A program made the position numbers and the translations under genes. A model generated the notes under the pieces. It ran no database searches, was not told where the DNA came from, and saw nothing but the letters and a program-made list of their open reading frames with translations. This document shows positions 1 through 13,099 of a stretch of DNA of 64,000 nt, one piece after another. Position 1 is the stretch's first letter, and every line of letters begins with the position of its first letter. Source of the stretch: Phoronis australis (lineage: Eukaryota; Animalia; Phoronida); assembly GCA_002633005.1 (NCBI GenBank), contig NMRA01000040.1, forward strand, positions 141,362 to 205,361, in the 5' to 3' direction.

Positions 1-369
1 TGCGAACGGAGAAAAATGGTTGATTTTCAGAGAAATTAGATTGAAATTTCAACAGCGTATTCCTTTATGTGAATGCAAGTCTTACCCGCATAAAACCACA
101 GAATTGTGTACCAACACAATAGGCTTGTTTGTCAAATTTAATCGAATGCAGTTCTGGATCAGATCATCTAGTAGGAAATTTTTAGGTTTTAACAGTCGAG
201 GGGAATGGTTACTGTAAGTACGGAATGCAAATATATTGGTTCATATTATAGCTAGCACACAGCCAGGGACTTCTACTACAAGAGCTTTCAATACCTCCTT
301 TGTGGCACATTATGCAAGTTAGTGATTAGAAACAGTTCCATGTCAGCACGATCTCCACCCTGCACTCAC

Positions 370-467
370 CGGAGGTCCTGGCACCCCTTGCTGGCCTTCA
401 TCTCCCCTTGCGCCTTTCTCTCCAGGTAAACCATCACGTCCTGGTTGACCAGGCCGACCAGGCATAC
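370..467 (-). CDS. COL4A1: Collagen IV alpha1-type exon 17 (98 nt, phase 1 to 0): (G)[32 protein letters not shown]
   Basis: ttttcag acceptor, gtgagt donor, perfect Gly-X-Y. Confidence 0.95.
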
Positions 468-1427
468 CTGAAAATGACAGCAAGCATGTTAACTAGTGAA
501 TTATAGAGAAGTTTATTCTTAATGTAAGATCTTCACAAAAAATCTGCCTTCTAAATTTCACTAGTGGCTGTTGCTGGGATTTTTAATAGACTCCTATTAA
601 ATAAAGCAAACACAGCTTAACAAAGGCTTCAAGATGGTTGAGAATAAGAAAATTGTTTATTATTATCTCCCAGTTGGTTTTGAATAGCTGTGCCCAAAAT
701 GAACTGATTTTTGTCATAATTATTCAAAAGGGAATTCATCGTAACATTTTTTAATATAGCTAACATCAAACTACATTTAGCACCGGCAGCACAATGATTG
801 ATCTAGTCTTAAAAGTCTGATGTACAAGAATCAATTGTCATGTCCATCAAAATGGGTGTTTTTCGTTCAAAAGTTTGCAATGATGCACAAGTCATTTGAA
901 CATCTCACAATTAACACAACAGGGATGAGAACTGAAACCCCACAGCTTCAAATGTGTGCCAACATCTCCCTGCTCCCTTTCGCGTCTAAATTCATATCAG
1001 ATGTGAAACGTTAGGTCAGCACTGAAAGGTGTCCAAAAATACAATATTGGTATCTACTGTCAACATAGCTTGCATAAACATGTTTGTCTCGGCATATTTG
1101 AAAACTATTTATTACAACAGAAAAAGGTCTTGCAGAAAAAGGTCTTGCAAGTGATAAAGTCTTAGAGGCTTCAGGAAATACAAACAAGACATGCTCTTAT
1201 TACCAATTTGAATAGGCCACATTAATACATCAAAAAGATTGCGCAAGTGAATACATTAAATGTCTAAATTGCTAAGGCAACTACTATCACAACGGCAACA
1301 GCTAAATGTGTAGGGGCGTAAAATCGTGTGTCATCCCACAAAACTTGCATTATGCTCAGGAATTTTTAGTGCCCCGAGAACGTGAAAGAGCTAAAGGGTC
1401 ATTCTGGGCTCAGTTATTCAACTATCT

Positions 1428-1672
1428 ATAGGGAGTAATTAAACAATTATTTTCTCATTCAGGACCAGAAACCCTTTGTTAAGATGCTACACAGTCCAAC
1501 AAGGACAGCCCTATGGCTAAGAGCAACCTTCACAAAGAACTGCTTTCACTGACATTATATGCCTGTCTATTTCAAAAGGTCTATTATGAGTGTACGACAC
1601 CCATTACTTACAACCATCTGCAAAATTCTAAGCCACCATGGCGACTAGTTACCCCCTAAAAGCCCAAAATGG
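1428..1672 (+). repeat. Diverged ~250-bp interspersed repeat (family R)
   Basis: Shares taaacaatt..accctttgttaag..caaaattctaagcca..aagcccaaaatg with 39450-39680, and in reverse with 29305-29545 and ~600-672. Confidence 0.7.
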
Positions 1673-1716
1673 GATGGTTGATCATAATGAAACTGTACTA
1701 CACTGTTGACACTGAC

Positions 1717-1800
1717 CTGGGACTCCAGTCTCACCAACTTCCCCTGGCAAACCTGGCTGCCCATCATTACATACTTGGTTGCAGTCCTCACCAGGCTGAC
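1717..1800 (-). CDS. COL4A1: Exon 16 (84 nt): (G)QPGEDCNQVCNDGQPGLPGEVGETGVP, with a Cys-pair interruption
   Basis: attacag acceptor, gtcagt donor; resembles the GESCLICD interruption of vertebrate alpha1(IV). Confidence 0.95.
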
Positions 1801-1883
1801 CTGTAATAATGGAAAGTCGGCCATTACGGTTATGTAGGACCTCGCTCACAAGTCCTCACATCTAGTCAAATATCTAGAAAAAT

Positions 1884-3487
1884 ACAAGAGCAACGCGGTG
1901 CATTGAAAAGCGCCCACGACTGCACCGCAAACAGTGTGTTTCTACGAGTGTCTATTTGCATCGCAAAAAATGGCCACTAGATGGCACAGAATACATTGAA
2001 CCAATCCAGAAATGGGAAGGTGTCGTTGTCGTCTCTCAAATTACTATTTGCCTAATTTAATAAAAATCTATCAAAGAACTCCATAGATACAAATAAAGCA
2101 AAGGTAAAAAAGACAAATTGGTATTAGGAGTCACAGTTGAACCCGTCTGAAAATGAATGTCAGTCATGCCATTGTCAGTAGAAACACATCTGCCAATTTT
2201 CATAATGATCCTCTGTGCAGTTAGGCAGATACAGAAGCAGAAGACAAGTAACTAAAATGGTCACTAGTTGGTGCAGAATAGGTCAAATCCATCACAAAAA
2301 GGAAACATGGTTGAAAAATTTCACGGAAAAGTATCAAGGAATTCTTAAGTTTCAAAGGCAACGTAAAAAAAATAAAATTGCAGCAAGAGAGCCAAGCTGT
2401 AGCTGGACTGGTCTAAAACTCGCAGTCATCTGTTGCCATCTCCATAGGAACACATCAGCTAAATTTCACGAAGATCTTGCAAAGGGTGAAGGAGATAAAG
2501 CTGTGGATGCAAAATAAAATTGCCACAAGGGAGCACAGCAGTCGTCAGCTCAGTTCAAATGCCATCATTGTCCGTCAACTTCATATAAATACACTTGCCA
2601 AATATAATAAAGACCCTCCAGAGAAATTAGGAAATCAGGAGATACAGCGAGACAAAAAGCTACCGCTAGGAGGCACCACAGTAGCGTGAGTCCTTCAAAA
2701 TTCACATAAAGCTGTCCTCTTCACAGTAGAAAGTAACATAAATGCCAATTTTCAAAATGATTGGAGTGGTTTGGTTGATAGAAGGGCGGGCACCAAAAAC
2801 AGACTAGAAAACAATAAAAAATATATACTACATGGCGAAAAACACGTCACATCCATTCGAAAATAAAAACAAAATACAGAACTGCCACTAAGAGGCGCCA
2901 CAGTAGTCGAAGATGTTGGAAAATCATCGTCAATCTTCCTCTTCATAGTAAGAACATACATGCCAATTTTCACAATCATGCTTAGAGCGGTTTGTTTGAT
3001 AGAGGGGTGGACGTCAAAACAGTTAAAATGGCCACTAGGTGGCGCAAACTACGTCAAATCCATTCGAAAACAGGAGGATGCCAAATTTTATGAAAATACG
3101 TTAAGGACCTTTGAAGATACAGAGGTAAACATAAAAAACTAAAATTGTCACTAGGGGGCACACCGGTAGTGAACATATGTCAATCGGTTTTGGAGACAGA
3201 GCAGTGGACGCCGGACGGACGCACGCCGCCCGGATGGACGGACGCCGTCAGGACGGACGGACACAGATGACGGCATAATGCGTCCACATATTAATATTTG
3301 GGCGCATAATAATTGCCACTAGGGGCACACCAGTAATCCCATGTGTTGGAAAATTTGCTCATGCCATCCCATCCATGAAAGGAATGTACGTGGAAAACTT
3401 TACTAACATCCGTCAAAGGTTTTGGAGATAGAGTAGTTGACATCGGACGGACAGGGATGACAGCATAATGCGCCCACATATAATATG
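1884..3487 (+). mobile_element. HINE/Helentron-like (pearl/DINE-1-type) non-autonomous element, family A copy 1, with duplicated 3' end
   Basis: ACAAGAGCAACGCGG start, subterminal GCGCCCAC, ~150-bp tandem core units, GGAC microsatellite ~3205-3265, terminal palindrome ATGCGTCCACATA..TATTTGGGCGCAT. Confidence 0.8.
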
Positions 3488-4185
3488 CTTACTCTACAGT
3501 CTGGCTAAGCAATCTAAGCCTTTAATGATGAAAATGTATTCACGTATTTCTGCTTTTTCAAGTTAAATATTTAGGTACACAAGTAAACCAATTCTTAAAA
3601 CTTCGCATCTGTCAACTTCAATTTTGAAGGTCACAGGTCACAAGGGCAACTGTCTAAATTTCAGTGCCCATTTTCGAGTAAGCCTAACCGCCAATTTCTG
3701 GTTTAAGCGTCTATCTCTGGTAAGATGCCCACCTACGGATTTCATGGATGGCCAGCTTATAAGCACTCTGGTGGCGCTATCTAGAACGTTAAATGAATTA
3801 CCTCTAAAACAATGCTATCATGGTAGTGGCACAAAATGAACTGGTATCAGTGCTCGTGCCATTTGATGCCACGTTCGCACTAGTCCTAATTCAATTTATA
3901 TACGCCGTAGAGGACAATGTGATAATGAAATCAACAGAGACTAAAATGTGTTGCTAAACATTGTCAATTTTTGGCCACAAAAACAATATCAACAAAATAA
4001 CATCACATGGGATGATTTAAGTTTATTCAGCGGCATTAAAATTATTCAGTATGCGCAACAACAAAACATACCATTAGACCTAATTCCTTTTTAATATTGC
4101 AATGTTCAAGACAGAGATTAAGTCTCAGAAGCTCATCGAATTTTGAAGTGAAAGAAAGAACTTGTACTCTTCCCAAACTACTTAC

Positions 4186-4302
4186 CTGGTGCTCCTGGCT
4201 CACCATCCAACCCCGGTATACCTGGATCACCTCTGTCACCCTGACGGCCGGGTAATCCATCCTCACCACGGGGTCCAGTACCTTGCCCATCCCCTGGCCA
4301 AC
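4186..4302 (-). CDS. COL4A1: Exon 15 (117 nt): (G)WPGDGQGTGPRGEDGLPGRQGDRGDPGIPGLDGEPGAP
   Basis: ttttaaag acceptor, gtaagt donor, phase 1/1. Confidence 0.93.
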
Positions 4303-5339
4303 CTTTAAAATAGATAATGAAAGTTTTTAAAATGCACTGAATTCCTAAACAGAAATCTAATCCAGTTGTCTAAGCCCAACGGAGGAAGACGAAGAGCACA
4401 AAATGGTTCAATTGTTAATATCTACATTGCATGATTCTCCTGTCCGTATGAAATCATTGAAGCCAACTACTACGCCCAGTTCAAAACTTTTAATGAGATT
4501 GGGTGAAGACCTTTTTCAGGACACCTGAAACCGTATTTTTGCACTGCTGGATTCATAAACGGTGATTTAAAGGTTGGCATAAATGTATTTCTGAGTTGTT
4601 TGTCCTAACTGTACACACAGCTGGCAAATTTCACTGCAAGATAAGCACAACTACCCCAACTGCATTGTCATATTCAGCAACTATCGGCGAATATGGATTC
4701 GACCAAAATAAAAACAAACCGAAAAAGCCCTTTGGCATGCCACAAATTGTTTGTGCCGTCTCTTGCGCCATCCTAGATCCACCAGTCAGCTACTAAAATT
4801 AGCAGTGTCATTAAGCCATAACCACAAAACAAAAAGGGTTTGACTTGAGTATGAACACCATACTAATCCTTAACTCTGCTTTACCAACAGTATGTGAAAG
4901 CACAGTACCAGATTGCACAGCAAGATTTGAATCACGCTGAATTTACCTACAATGCCGCAATATCTGTCAAGCACTTTTTGTTGCTTCGTTTTCGTGCCAT
5001 TGGAGGTCTAAATGTTATATTTCGATGTGGCGTTCCTTACAAGTTTACTCTTGGGTGCATTATTCTATTCGTCCTTCCAAAGCCAATGAAGTATTACTTT
5101 TAGCTTTGATGTGGACTGCAACTCTGACGAGTGAAAGGTGGACAAACATGACCAACATGTGACGTGTGATTGTTAAGCTTGCTTTCTGACATGACCACGT
5201 GAAAATGTGCCAGACATTCCAAACGTGGCCAATAAAACCAACACGCTTTTTTCCTCTGGGACAAAGGAGAATTACATCACTGTGTGATCAAGGACGGCCT
5301 TATTACATAGCTGAAAACGGACTGAAGCTACCCTCCTAC

Positions 5340-5525
5340 CTCTAGGACCCGCTGGTCCGGTCTCGCCTTGCTCTCCTTTGAACCCTGGCAGCCCATCACG
5401 TCCAGGTCGACCATCGTTACCTCGTGGACCCTCTGTGGAGTCACCTTTTAAGCCAGGTTCACCTTGACGACCTGGACCACCTGGTCGCCCTGAGAGACCA
5501 GGATTACCAGGTGTACCCGGTTCAC
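5340..5525 (-). CDS. COL4A1: Exon 14 (186 nt): (G)[61 protein letters not shown]
   Basis: ttcgtag acceptor, gtagga donor (required for phase 1), Gly-X-Y. Confidence 0.93.
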
Positions 5526-5995
5526 CTACGAACCACGAAGACAATCGTATATACAAACTTATATCAGCAATAATAAATGGAATACAGAGAAGAGAGACCG
5601 CAATATACAACAATTACATGAACACTGTTTACAGATTTTTCCAAAAGCATTCACATGTGCATCCAGACAATTAATCCTTTAGTTTCTAACAAAAAATAAC
5701 TACATTATTTATCAGTTAAAGCAATTTAATTTCAAGTTGTGAACTTAACAGTAAAATCCGTAAGCAGTGTTTCACGCATTGTTTTGGGGCGTTTTCCACA
5801 AAAAATGAAGGTTTGTGTGCTAAAAGTTTGACCATAGAAAAAGCACCTTATGACATCACACTTAAGCCAAAACAATTTCCACTTTCAGAAAGAACTTTAA
5901 CAGCAGGTTTAAGCAATTCCTCAGAAAAACTGACCAGATCTCATCCATCAAGCAACTGTAACGAAGACACCTCATCTTCTATTATTATTTCTCAC

Positions 5996-6118
5996 CTGGA
6001 CGACCAGGATTTCCTTTCTCTGAGAATCCAGGAAGTCCTCTGGGACCTTCCGGACCATCGAGACCTGGTTCACCAGGGAACCCTTTAAGCCCTCTCTCTC
6101 CAGGGTTTCCACCTCTTC
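5996..6118 (-). CDS. COL4A1: Exon 13 (123 nt): (G)RGGNPGERGLKGFPGEPGLDGPEGPRGLPGFSEKGNPGRP
   Basis: ttgcag acceptor, gtgaga donor, phase 1/1. Confidence 0.95.
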
Positions 6119-6362
6119 CTGCAATATTCATTTAGTAATACTTGAACTTAACCAGAATCCGACTTTGTGTACAATAGACACAGCCAAGTATCGCACGGCT
6201 ATATAACACAAGGACTAATTCCATTTACAGCAAACAGGATGTGAAATCAAAAGATCTTAAAACAACATATAATATAGCATACATGCTTCCTGGATACCCT
6301 CACAGTAATTTTGCACCATAAAAAAGAACTATGACTGCAGCAGTGAATAATAAAGCACTTAC

Positions 6363-6513
6363 CTGGTAAGCCACGATTGCCCTTTTCACCTGGTTCGCCT
6401 TCAGGGCCCATTGGTCCTGGTACACCATCACCGACTCCTTCACCAACAGCATCTTTACCCGGTGGTCCCCTGGGTCCACGGCGACCTTGGTAGCCAGGCT
6501 CACCTTTTTGACC
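6363..6513 (-). CDS. COL4A1: Exon 12 (151 nt, phase 0 to 1): [50 protein letters not shown]
   Basis: cttcag acceptor, gtaagt donor. Confidence 0.95.
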
Positions 6514-7318
6514 CTGAAGCCACAGATGCATCACCATGAACAGTAGCATTAATTTTATGATACTTCACTAATTGTTACTTTAGTTATTACCTGGTAACAC
6601 CAAAGCCGTTTTTTTTCATTAACACCAAAATCTGAAGATTGAGAGCAGAAAGCAGGAGTGCGTTCCTTGGACCTAGTTTCTTGCAAGAAAAGCAAGTACT
6701 CCCAAGATTTTGCGAGCTATCACCATTTTCTGTTAGTGAAACAAGTGACCAAATTGCTCTCTCGGGGAGATTCTTGTGTCCATGAAACTCTAGTCTGCTC
6801 TCCAGCATGGGGCACATGTGTAGGAAAGATCACAAAATAAAATGGTTGTCCAAATGTCTGTAAAAATAGAGCCTTGCTGCCCTGGTGGTGGCTACATTAT
6901 GAGTCGTCTATAAGCAACCACGAAAACAATTTTCACAAAAAAGGTGAAATGTTCACTATTTTGACCTTCAAAAGAACATGGACACTGTTTAATTAATGCA
7001 ATGACGAACTAACAATCAATTTCAAAATTATGAACATGGACCACAAGGAAAGAAACTGAAACTGCTAGACTACCATTAAAGCCCACCTTGAACACTCCAC
7101 TCCAATGTGGACAGCACCATTAACAGTATTATTTTAAATGCTCTCTAAAATGTTTAAATTCTTCCTTGCTATTTCTATAAACTAAGGCTCATCGTATGAT
7201 CACACTGAGTACACATATGAAGCCTTGTTTGCTTCATTTCGTTCACAATGCTATCAGTGAAAAAACATTGCTATCTTCACAGCTGAAGAGCAATTAAGGT
7301 TGCCCTTCACCAACTCAC

Positions 7319-7417
7319 TTCTCGTCCATTATAACCATCGGTGCCTGGGTAACCTTTAGCGCCCTTCATTCCGGGATAACCAGTTTGACCTGGGAAACCA
7401 TCTTTACCATTTTTGCC
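7319..7417 (-). CDS. COL4A1: Exon 11 (99 nt): GKNGKDGFPGQTGYPGMKGAKGYPGTDGYNGRE
   Basis: ttccag acceptor, gtgagt donor, 11 Gly-X-Y triplets. Confidence 0.95.
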
Positions 7418-8914
7418 CTGGAAATAAAACGAACAAGAACCTGAACAACGACTGAAGTACATGCTTACATCACCAGAACAATAGTGGAAAAACCACAGTC
7501 TCAGGGGATCGTCACTGGCTTTCTTTGTTGACAATCAAGGTAATACCTACATGGCTTCTGGGTGCACGTGTTGGCATCCAAGAAAATTCTCTAATAATTT
7601 TGCATAATAATTTTCAATTATTTCAAACAAAAATACGCGATATAACAAGCATTCATTATATTTTTCAACTCCTTCTGTCTTTTGATTCTTAAATAATGTG
7701 AGCTTGTGTTCCTAATTCAACTTGAGAACACAATCGTGTTTTCCGCCGTGATGTCCTTGCAGAGTCTAATTTTGCCTTGTTGCCATAAGTCACGTGCATC
7801 CCTTCTGCCATAGTCGAATAGAAAACAACAACTCTGAGGACTCAAATCTACCTTGTGAAAGTGATGATTTCAAGACCAAAACATTTGAATTAACAGCTGT
7901 GCAACTGTTTTGTTTGTTAATGGTTTGCTGTCCCGAGAGCAACATAACTAAACAACTGAAACTACAAAATTCTCACTTTTACATGCAAAAAGGTGTCAAT
8001 CATGTCAAATCAGAACATTTTACAGTTTGGACTTTCAGCAATGACTTTCAATTATAGTAAAAATCCCATTTACTTCAGAAACCCAAAAACTTCACAGGAA
8101 TCTTTTCCAGGAATTACGTAATCTGTTGTCCGCAAACAACTGAGAATAGCCAGATTGGCAGTCTATGAAATGCCTCAAATTGTCAGACATCTGTGACACC
8201 GATTTGTTTGCTAATTGAATCATAGGTTGCAACAATACCATAGTTTGCCCAGCACTAATCCAGCGAAATGTGATGGAAATAAGAGACCTAACAAATTTGT
8301 TTCCTAGTAAAAATCTGCTTGAAAAAATACTGGGATTACTGAAGGCCCTTTTCACATTGGAACGATAGTAATATGACAGAAAGGTGGCCCACCCCGACCT
8401 GACCAGTTCTGGTGGGGCAAAGCTCATTATTACATACAGTCACTGACCGTAACAATAAATTAGATTGCTAAAGCAGACAGGAACCCGACATTTTCTGAGC
8501 ACCTGTCTTTTATGCATTGGACATTTGTAGAAGGAACAAGTTTCTGATGGTTAAGCTGAGTGTAGGCATTTAAGGTTAGAGCAGCATTGTTTTTTAATTA
8601 AATGTGAAGTATAATGTTTAATGTTTTAACCTGTATTCGTTGGTAATTCATTAGAACTTGGTCAACCAGCATTTGCTTTTTACTGGGTGGAATTCTTCTG
8701 TAAGGGTTTTAACAAAGTAAGATTTTATTCCAATTTGCTCATACTTAAGATTCTAAGACCGACTGGAATTCAATACTTGTTTTTGCCTTAGGATACTCCA
8801 ATACAGTTGTTTTATTTCATTCTGAGTTTGATATCAAGGGTGCTGTAAGGACATTCACCCAAAAGGACATGTTTCAAATTAAATCTGTATTTTAACACTT
8901 CTTAATGTTCTTAC

Positions 8915-8977
8915 CGGAGATCCTGAAGGTCCTTGCATTCCTTTCTCACCTTTATTTCCAGGAAAACCAGGTTGGCC
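8915..8977 (-). CDS. COL4A1: Exon 10 (63 nt): GQPGFPGNKGEKGMQGPSGSP
   Basis: ttttcag acceptor, gtaaga donor. Confidence 0.95.
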
Positions 8978-10119
8978 CTGAAAATATCAAGCACTATCTT
9001 CAGAGAAACATTTACCTGGTGGAACTGATACATGATGTCTTCCAAAGACTTGACCAATCTCATCAAATATTCAGGTGTGTAAACTGTAGTATGGGAATAG
9101 GGACCCATTTACCTCCAGATTAGTGAATATTCCATTTTTTTTAAATTCACTAATATAGAGCAGAAAAGAACTTGATGGCTAAATATTGCACGAAACTTAT
9201 CAGTACAGGTACGCATAGGTATATTTACAAAATGTATAATAAACAACTTGACATGTCTGACAGACACTTAAAGAGGTATGGAAGGCAAAAACTTGTCAAA
9301 AGTACCATCTCACAATGTCTACTACAAAGTTATTCACATTCCCCTGTGAGGGAATTTCCATGAAAAATCACAAAATTCACGATTTTTGAAATACGCGGAA
9401 AGGAAAAACTCTGTGGTCACCACAGAGCTTCTAATCTCCTTCCCACTTTAGATAAATGTGCGCATATGCTCACAGTCATTGGACAAACAGCTGACTGACA
9501 AGAAGGATACCAACGGCAGATGTGATCGCACTCCGAATCTGAGGTAGACATTACAGTATGAGGCACGCCAGTGAAGCAAGACAATTCCCAAAGAGAATTA
9601 CAAGTGCATTTTGGAATATATCTGAATACTATGATACCTTTGCAACTGATTTTAAACATTTGTTCAATTGCCTCTTTATCCGGCTGATGCTTGAAGTTAT
9701 CATTGTTTTGTTTACATCAACTGTCAAAGATCACATTTTCCATATAAGCGAAATGTGCTAAGTCCATGTCTCACCATACCAAATACGGAGACCTGCTTTG
9801 ATTTGTGGGGGACAGTTTCTTTAAAATTTGAATCTAAAAGAAAAATGCTTTTACATCAACAGATATTCAAAGTCTTTACGAGCAAATCGTAAAATAACTG
9901 GTAGAACACGTTGAACTTTGTTTCAGTGGTAGACATCCACTTTGAATAATGCAATTTGGTCTGTTTTTCATGTTACAGGCTTCTTTTAGGAGTATGTAGT
10001 TTAATCTACATATACATTCAAATTTCCCCTAAGAGGTAATAGGAAAACTAATGCACAACAGACAGTCTCTTACTACTACTTTAATATTTTTACACTAGAG
10101 GTCACCAGGTCTCACTCAC

Positions 10120-10281
10120 AAGTTCTCCAGTAGGCCCTTCCAGCCCAATTCTCCCTGTTGTCCCTCTTTCACCTTTTTCGCCCGTTTCTCCCTTATTGCC
10201 TGTGATGACTTCTTTTCGACCTGTTACTGGTATCACAGTACCTTTGCAAGTACATTTTGGCCCAGGCACACCGATGTCACC
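10120..10281 (-). CDS. COL4A1: Exon 9 (162 nt): GDIGVPGPKCTCKGTVIPVTGRKEVITGNKGETGEKGERGTTGRIGLEGPTGEL
   Basis: ttttcag acceptor, gtgagt donor; long non-helical interruption containing CxC. Confidence 0.95.
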
Positions 10282-11893
10282 CTGAAAACAGAACACGCAT
10301 ACACACATTGTGAAAATAATAGGTTTCACATAACAATATATGCTATAATGTTAATACCACATTGTGCACAACTCAAGACACTTTCTACACGAAGTAGTAA
10401 GGAGTACAATGCAGAATGCTGGTATGTCCCCACTGTGCGCAACGCAAACGGCTAAAATATAGGTGGTGCTAATTTCTCATTTATTTCTGCCTAAGTCGGA
10501 TCCATTCAAAACTTAACATCAAGAACATTATGTCAAATTTCATGAAGATCCCCCGAAGAGCTTAGCAAATATTAAAGCTGGCGCAATGATAATTTGTCTT
10601 TACGGTTAGCCACAATGTCATTGATGTCAGTCCAAAAATCAACACCAGCCTTGCTTTCCTCAATATAACTTGGTATATAGGTGCAGACGTGGCACAAAAA
10701 AAAATCAGTCCTAGAGGATTTCAAATTTGCAAATTTCGTAAAAATTGACCTTGTTGCGGAAAAATAGGCCCGAGAATCTTGCCACCATCCTGATATCACG
10801 AGCCGAGAGAAACGGCTTTGAAGTTAAGCGGTCATCGATTGCCATTTGAGATCAAATTTCGTTCAGAATGCGTGGTCATTATGTTCCAATTTTTGTTGAA
10901 GTACTAGAAATAAAGCTGATATTTACTTCATGTTCAGAAAATGTGACATACCCGTTTGTTTACAGCGTAATTTTAATCATTTTTTCGAACTTGTGAAGCA
11001 TGACAGATGACCAAAACAAATATGGTTGTCACGTGGGCGGAGCTTAGCGTTGATCTATTGTCTGCTGTACTGGTGTGCCGACCACACATTAAAACCATGT
11101 GTTGATTGTTTATACGATTCATATGAACTCTCCACTCAGTGCAGTAAAAGACTCTCTAACTATATTACACAGACCTATTTGTTAGTATTCCAATATCATC
11201 AACCAATATATGTGTTATATCAAATCGCCGCGTTACTGTCTACATAACAATACTGGCGACGAGGATAAAGAACTACTTTTATAGTAATGGTTCAACATTT
11301 TTACGTGCCTGTACCTAATGGACTTTGGGATAAGGAAATATCACTTTCTGCGCAAATAGCGTCGCCTGGGTGAGATTCTCAAGTTATCAAAGTATCTCAT
11401 CTTGCTTTCCTCTAAAATCGTATAATATCATGAGTTTTAATTCAGGGATACGTTCGAATCTATGCTCTAGAAAAATTTTGTTATGTTGAACACTGGGTCC
11501 TTTCTGTAATTTTTTGGGTTACAGCCAGTGGCAAGTTAAAAAATCCCCTGGGTTTGACAGCCTAGTTTCTCCACGGCGCGTTCCCAGCACAGAAGCATGG
11601 TTTATCTGCAAAGACTCTACTCTGACGGCATGTAGTTGTCCATGTGTCGCGTGCACGGCGTGTCTTCACAGCGCGTGCATGCACTCTCACCGAATCGTGC
11701 AACACCACCCATGTCGACGCTCAGCGTCCTCTCGCAAGACACCTCACCTTACAGACTTCTCTTGTACACGCACAATTTCTGCACTGACTCCTCAAGCTGA
11801 GTGCAGTGATGGCTTCGGTAGGACTTGGCGTACTCAACTTAATTTTTTTGCAGATAGACAAACAGGCTCAGGCTCGTAACAGGAACTAGTTAA

Positions 11894-12226
11894 AGCTATG
11901 GTCACAACCCGCCGTGCGTGTTTATTGTTCGTACGTTTTCTGCGGACGCCACGGGCACCACGTTTTTCTGAAAACGTGAGTAGGGAGTGGCAAGCGCAGG
12001 GAGGACGTACGTCACACGTACTGCCGTGAATCTGTAATGCGAACGCAGCTTGCACGCAGAGAAAGTTCTGCATGCACTAAAAGTGCTACGTCGTGTCTGC
12101 GTTCTCCTGCGTATTCACCAAAACGCACGGAGGCCGTACTTGCCACGTACGGATCGCCAAATTTCCCCCACGTTTTTACACGTAGACAGCACGCACTTGC
12201 ACGTACGGCGGGTTGTGACCAAGGCT
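11894..12226. mobile_element. PIF/Harbinger-like MITE
   Basis: TIRs AGCTATGGTCACAACCCGCCGTGCGTG / CACGTACGGCGGGTTGTGACCAAGGCT; TAA target duplication at 11891-11893 and 12227-12229. Confidence 0.85.
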
Positions 12227-13021
12227 TAACCATTTCACTACCAACTTTCACATGGTCAAAAATAGAATTATTTTATTCTTGGTCTTGCTACCACCAATAT
12301 CAGCTGGTACAGCACTCTCGATTGCGCAATGTTTGTTGACAGGGTTAGATTAGAGCTAGTGTCCTTGTATAAGCTCCGCCCCAGTTGTCAATCACTGAGG
12401 TAGCGAGCACTCAAGCCATATGACTTACTGAGGCTTGGTCAAATATAGCTAAAAAAACAACTTTGGATTTTCAGAATGATTTTATTTTTCTTCAGTATGC
12501 TGTGCATCAAGAATTAAAGATTAGGATGACATAAAAATGTAAAAAACAAGTCAAAATTATTTTTTTTGTGTATCCACCTACTTTAAGGTGGTTTGGTAGA
12601 TTGAACAGGAGACGCCAAAAAATTCACAAAATTAATATTAATCGTCAGGTAAGGTGCTGCTGTCTCCTTAATAGAAACCTATGCTCCAATTTTCAAAAAA
12701 AAAAACAAGTCTATGACGAAACTTCTTTTCTAAAATTGCCACCAAGGGACACAGCGGTAGTCCAATCAATCCAAACGCCACTGACTTCCGCCGTCAACTT
12801 CATAGAAACATACCAGCCAGCTTTTTCTGATGCCCATACAGAGACAATGGCAATTAGCACACAATGTGAGCACATGAAAAACCTTCCTCACTGTTTAGTA
12901 TAATGAACTTGGTGATGTTTAAACACATGGGGTGCTTTCAAGGCAAAATACCTTATTGACTCAAAATTGTCCAAACCTGAAAAGACTGAAATTTCTAATG
13001 GGGTCACTTTCAGTTAGTTAC

Positions 13022-13099
13022 CTTCTGTCCCTTGGGTCCTTCAAATCCTAAGCCCATGCTGCCTTTAGGTCCACGCTCCCCTGGATCACCACGTGGTCC
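13022..13099 (-). CDS. COL4A1: Exon 8 (78 nt): GPRGDPGERGPKGSMGLGFEGPKGQK
   Basis: gtatag acceptor, gtaact donor; MGLxFxGPKG motif typical of collagen IV. Confidence 0.95.

Noticed and set aside
1971-3330. Regularly spaced conserved motif superficially like a CRISPR array
   Set aside because: The spacers are homologous to each other, the period is ~150 bp, the context is a eukaryotic intron and there are no cas genes
5329-5339. Alternative donor (gtagct) extending exon 14 by GRR
   Set aside because: Gives phase 0, which is incompatible with phase-1 exon 15
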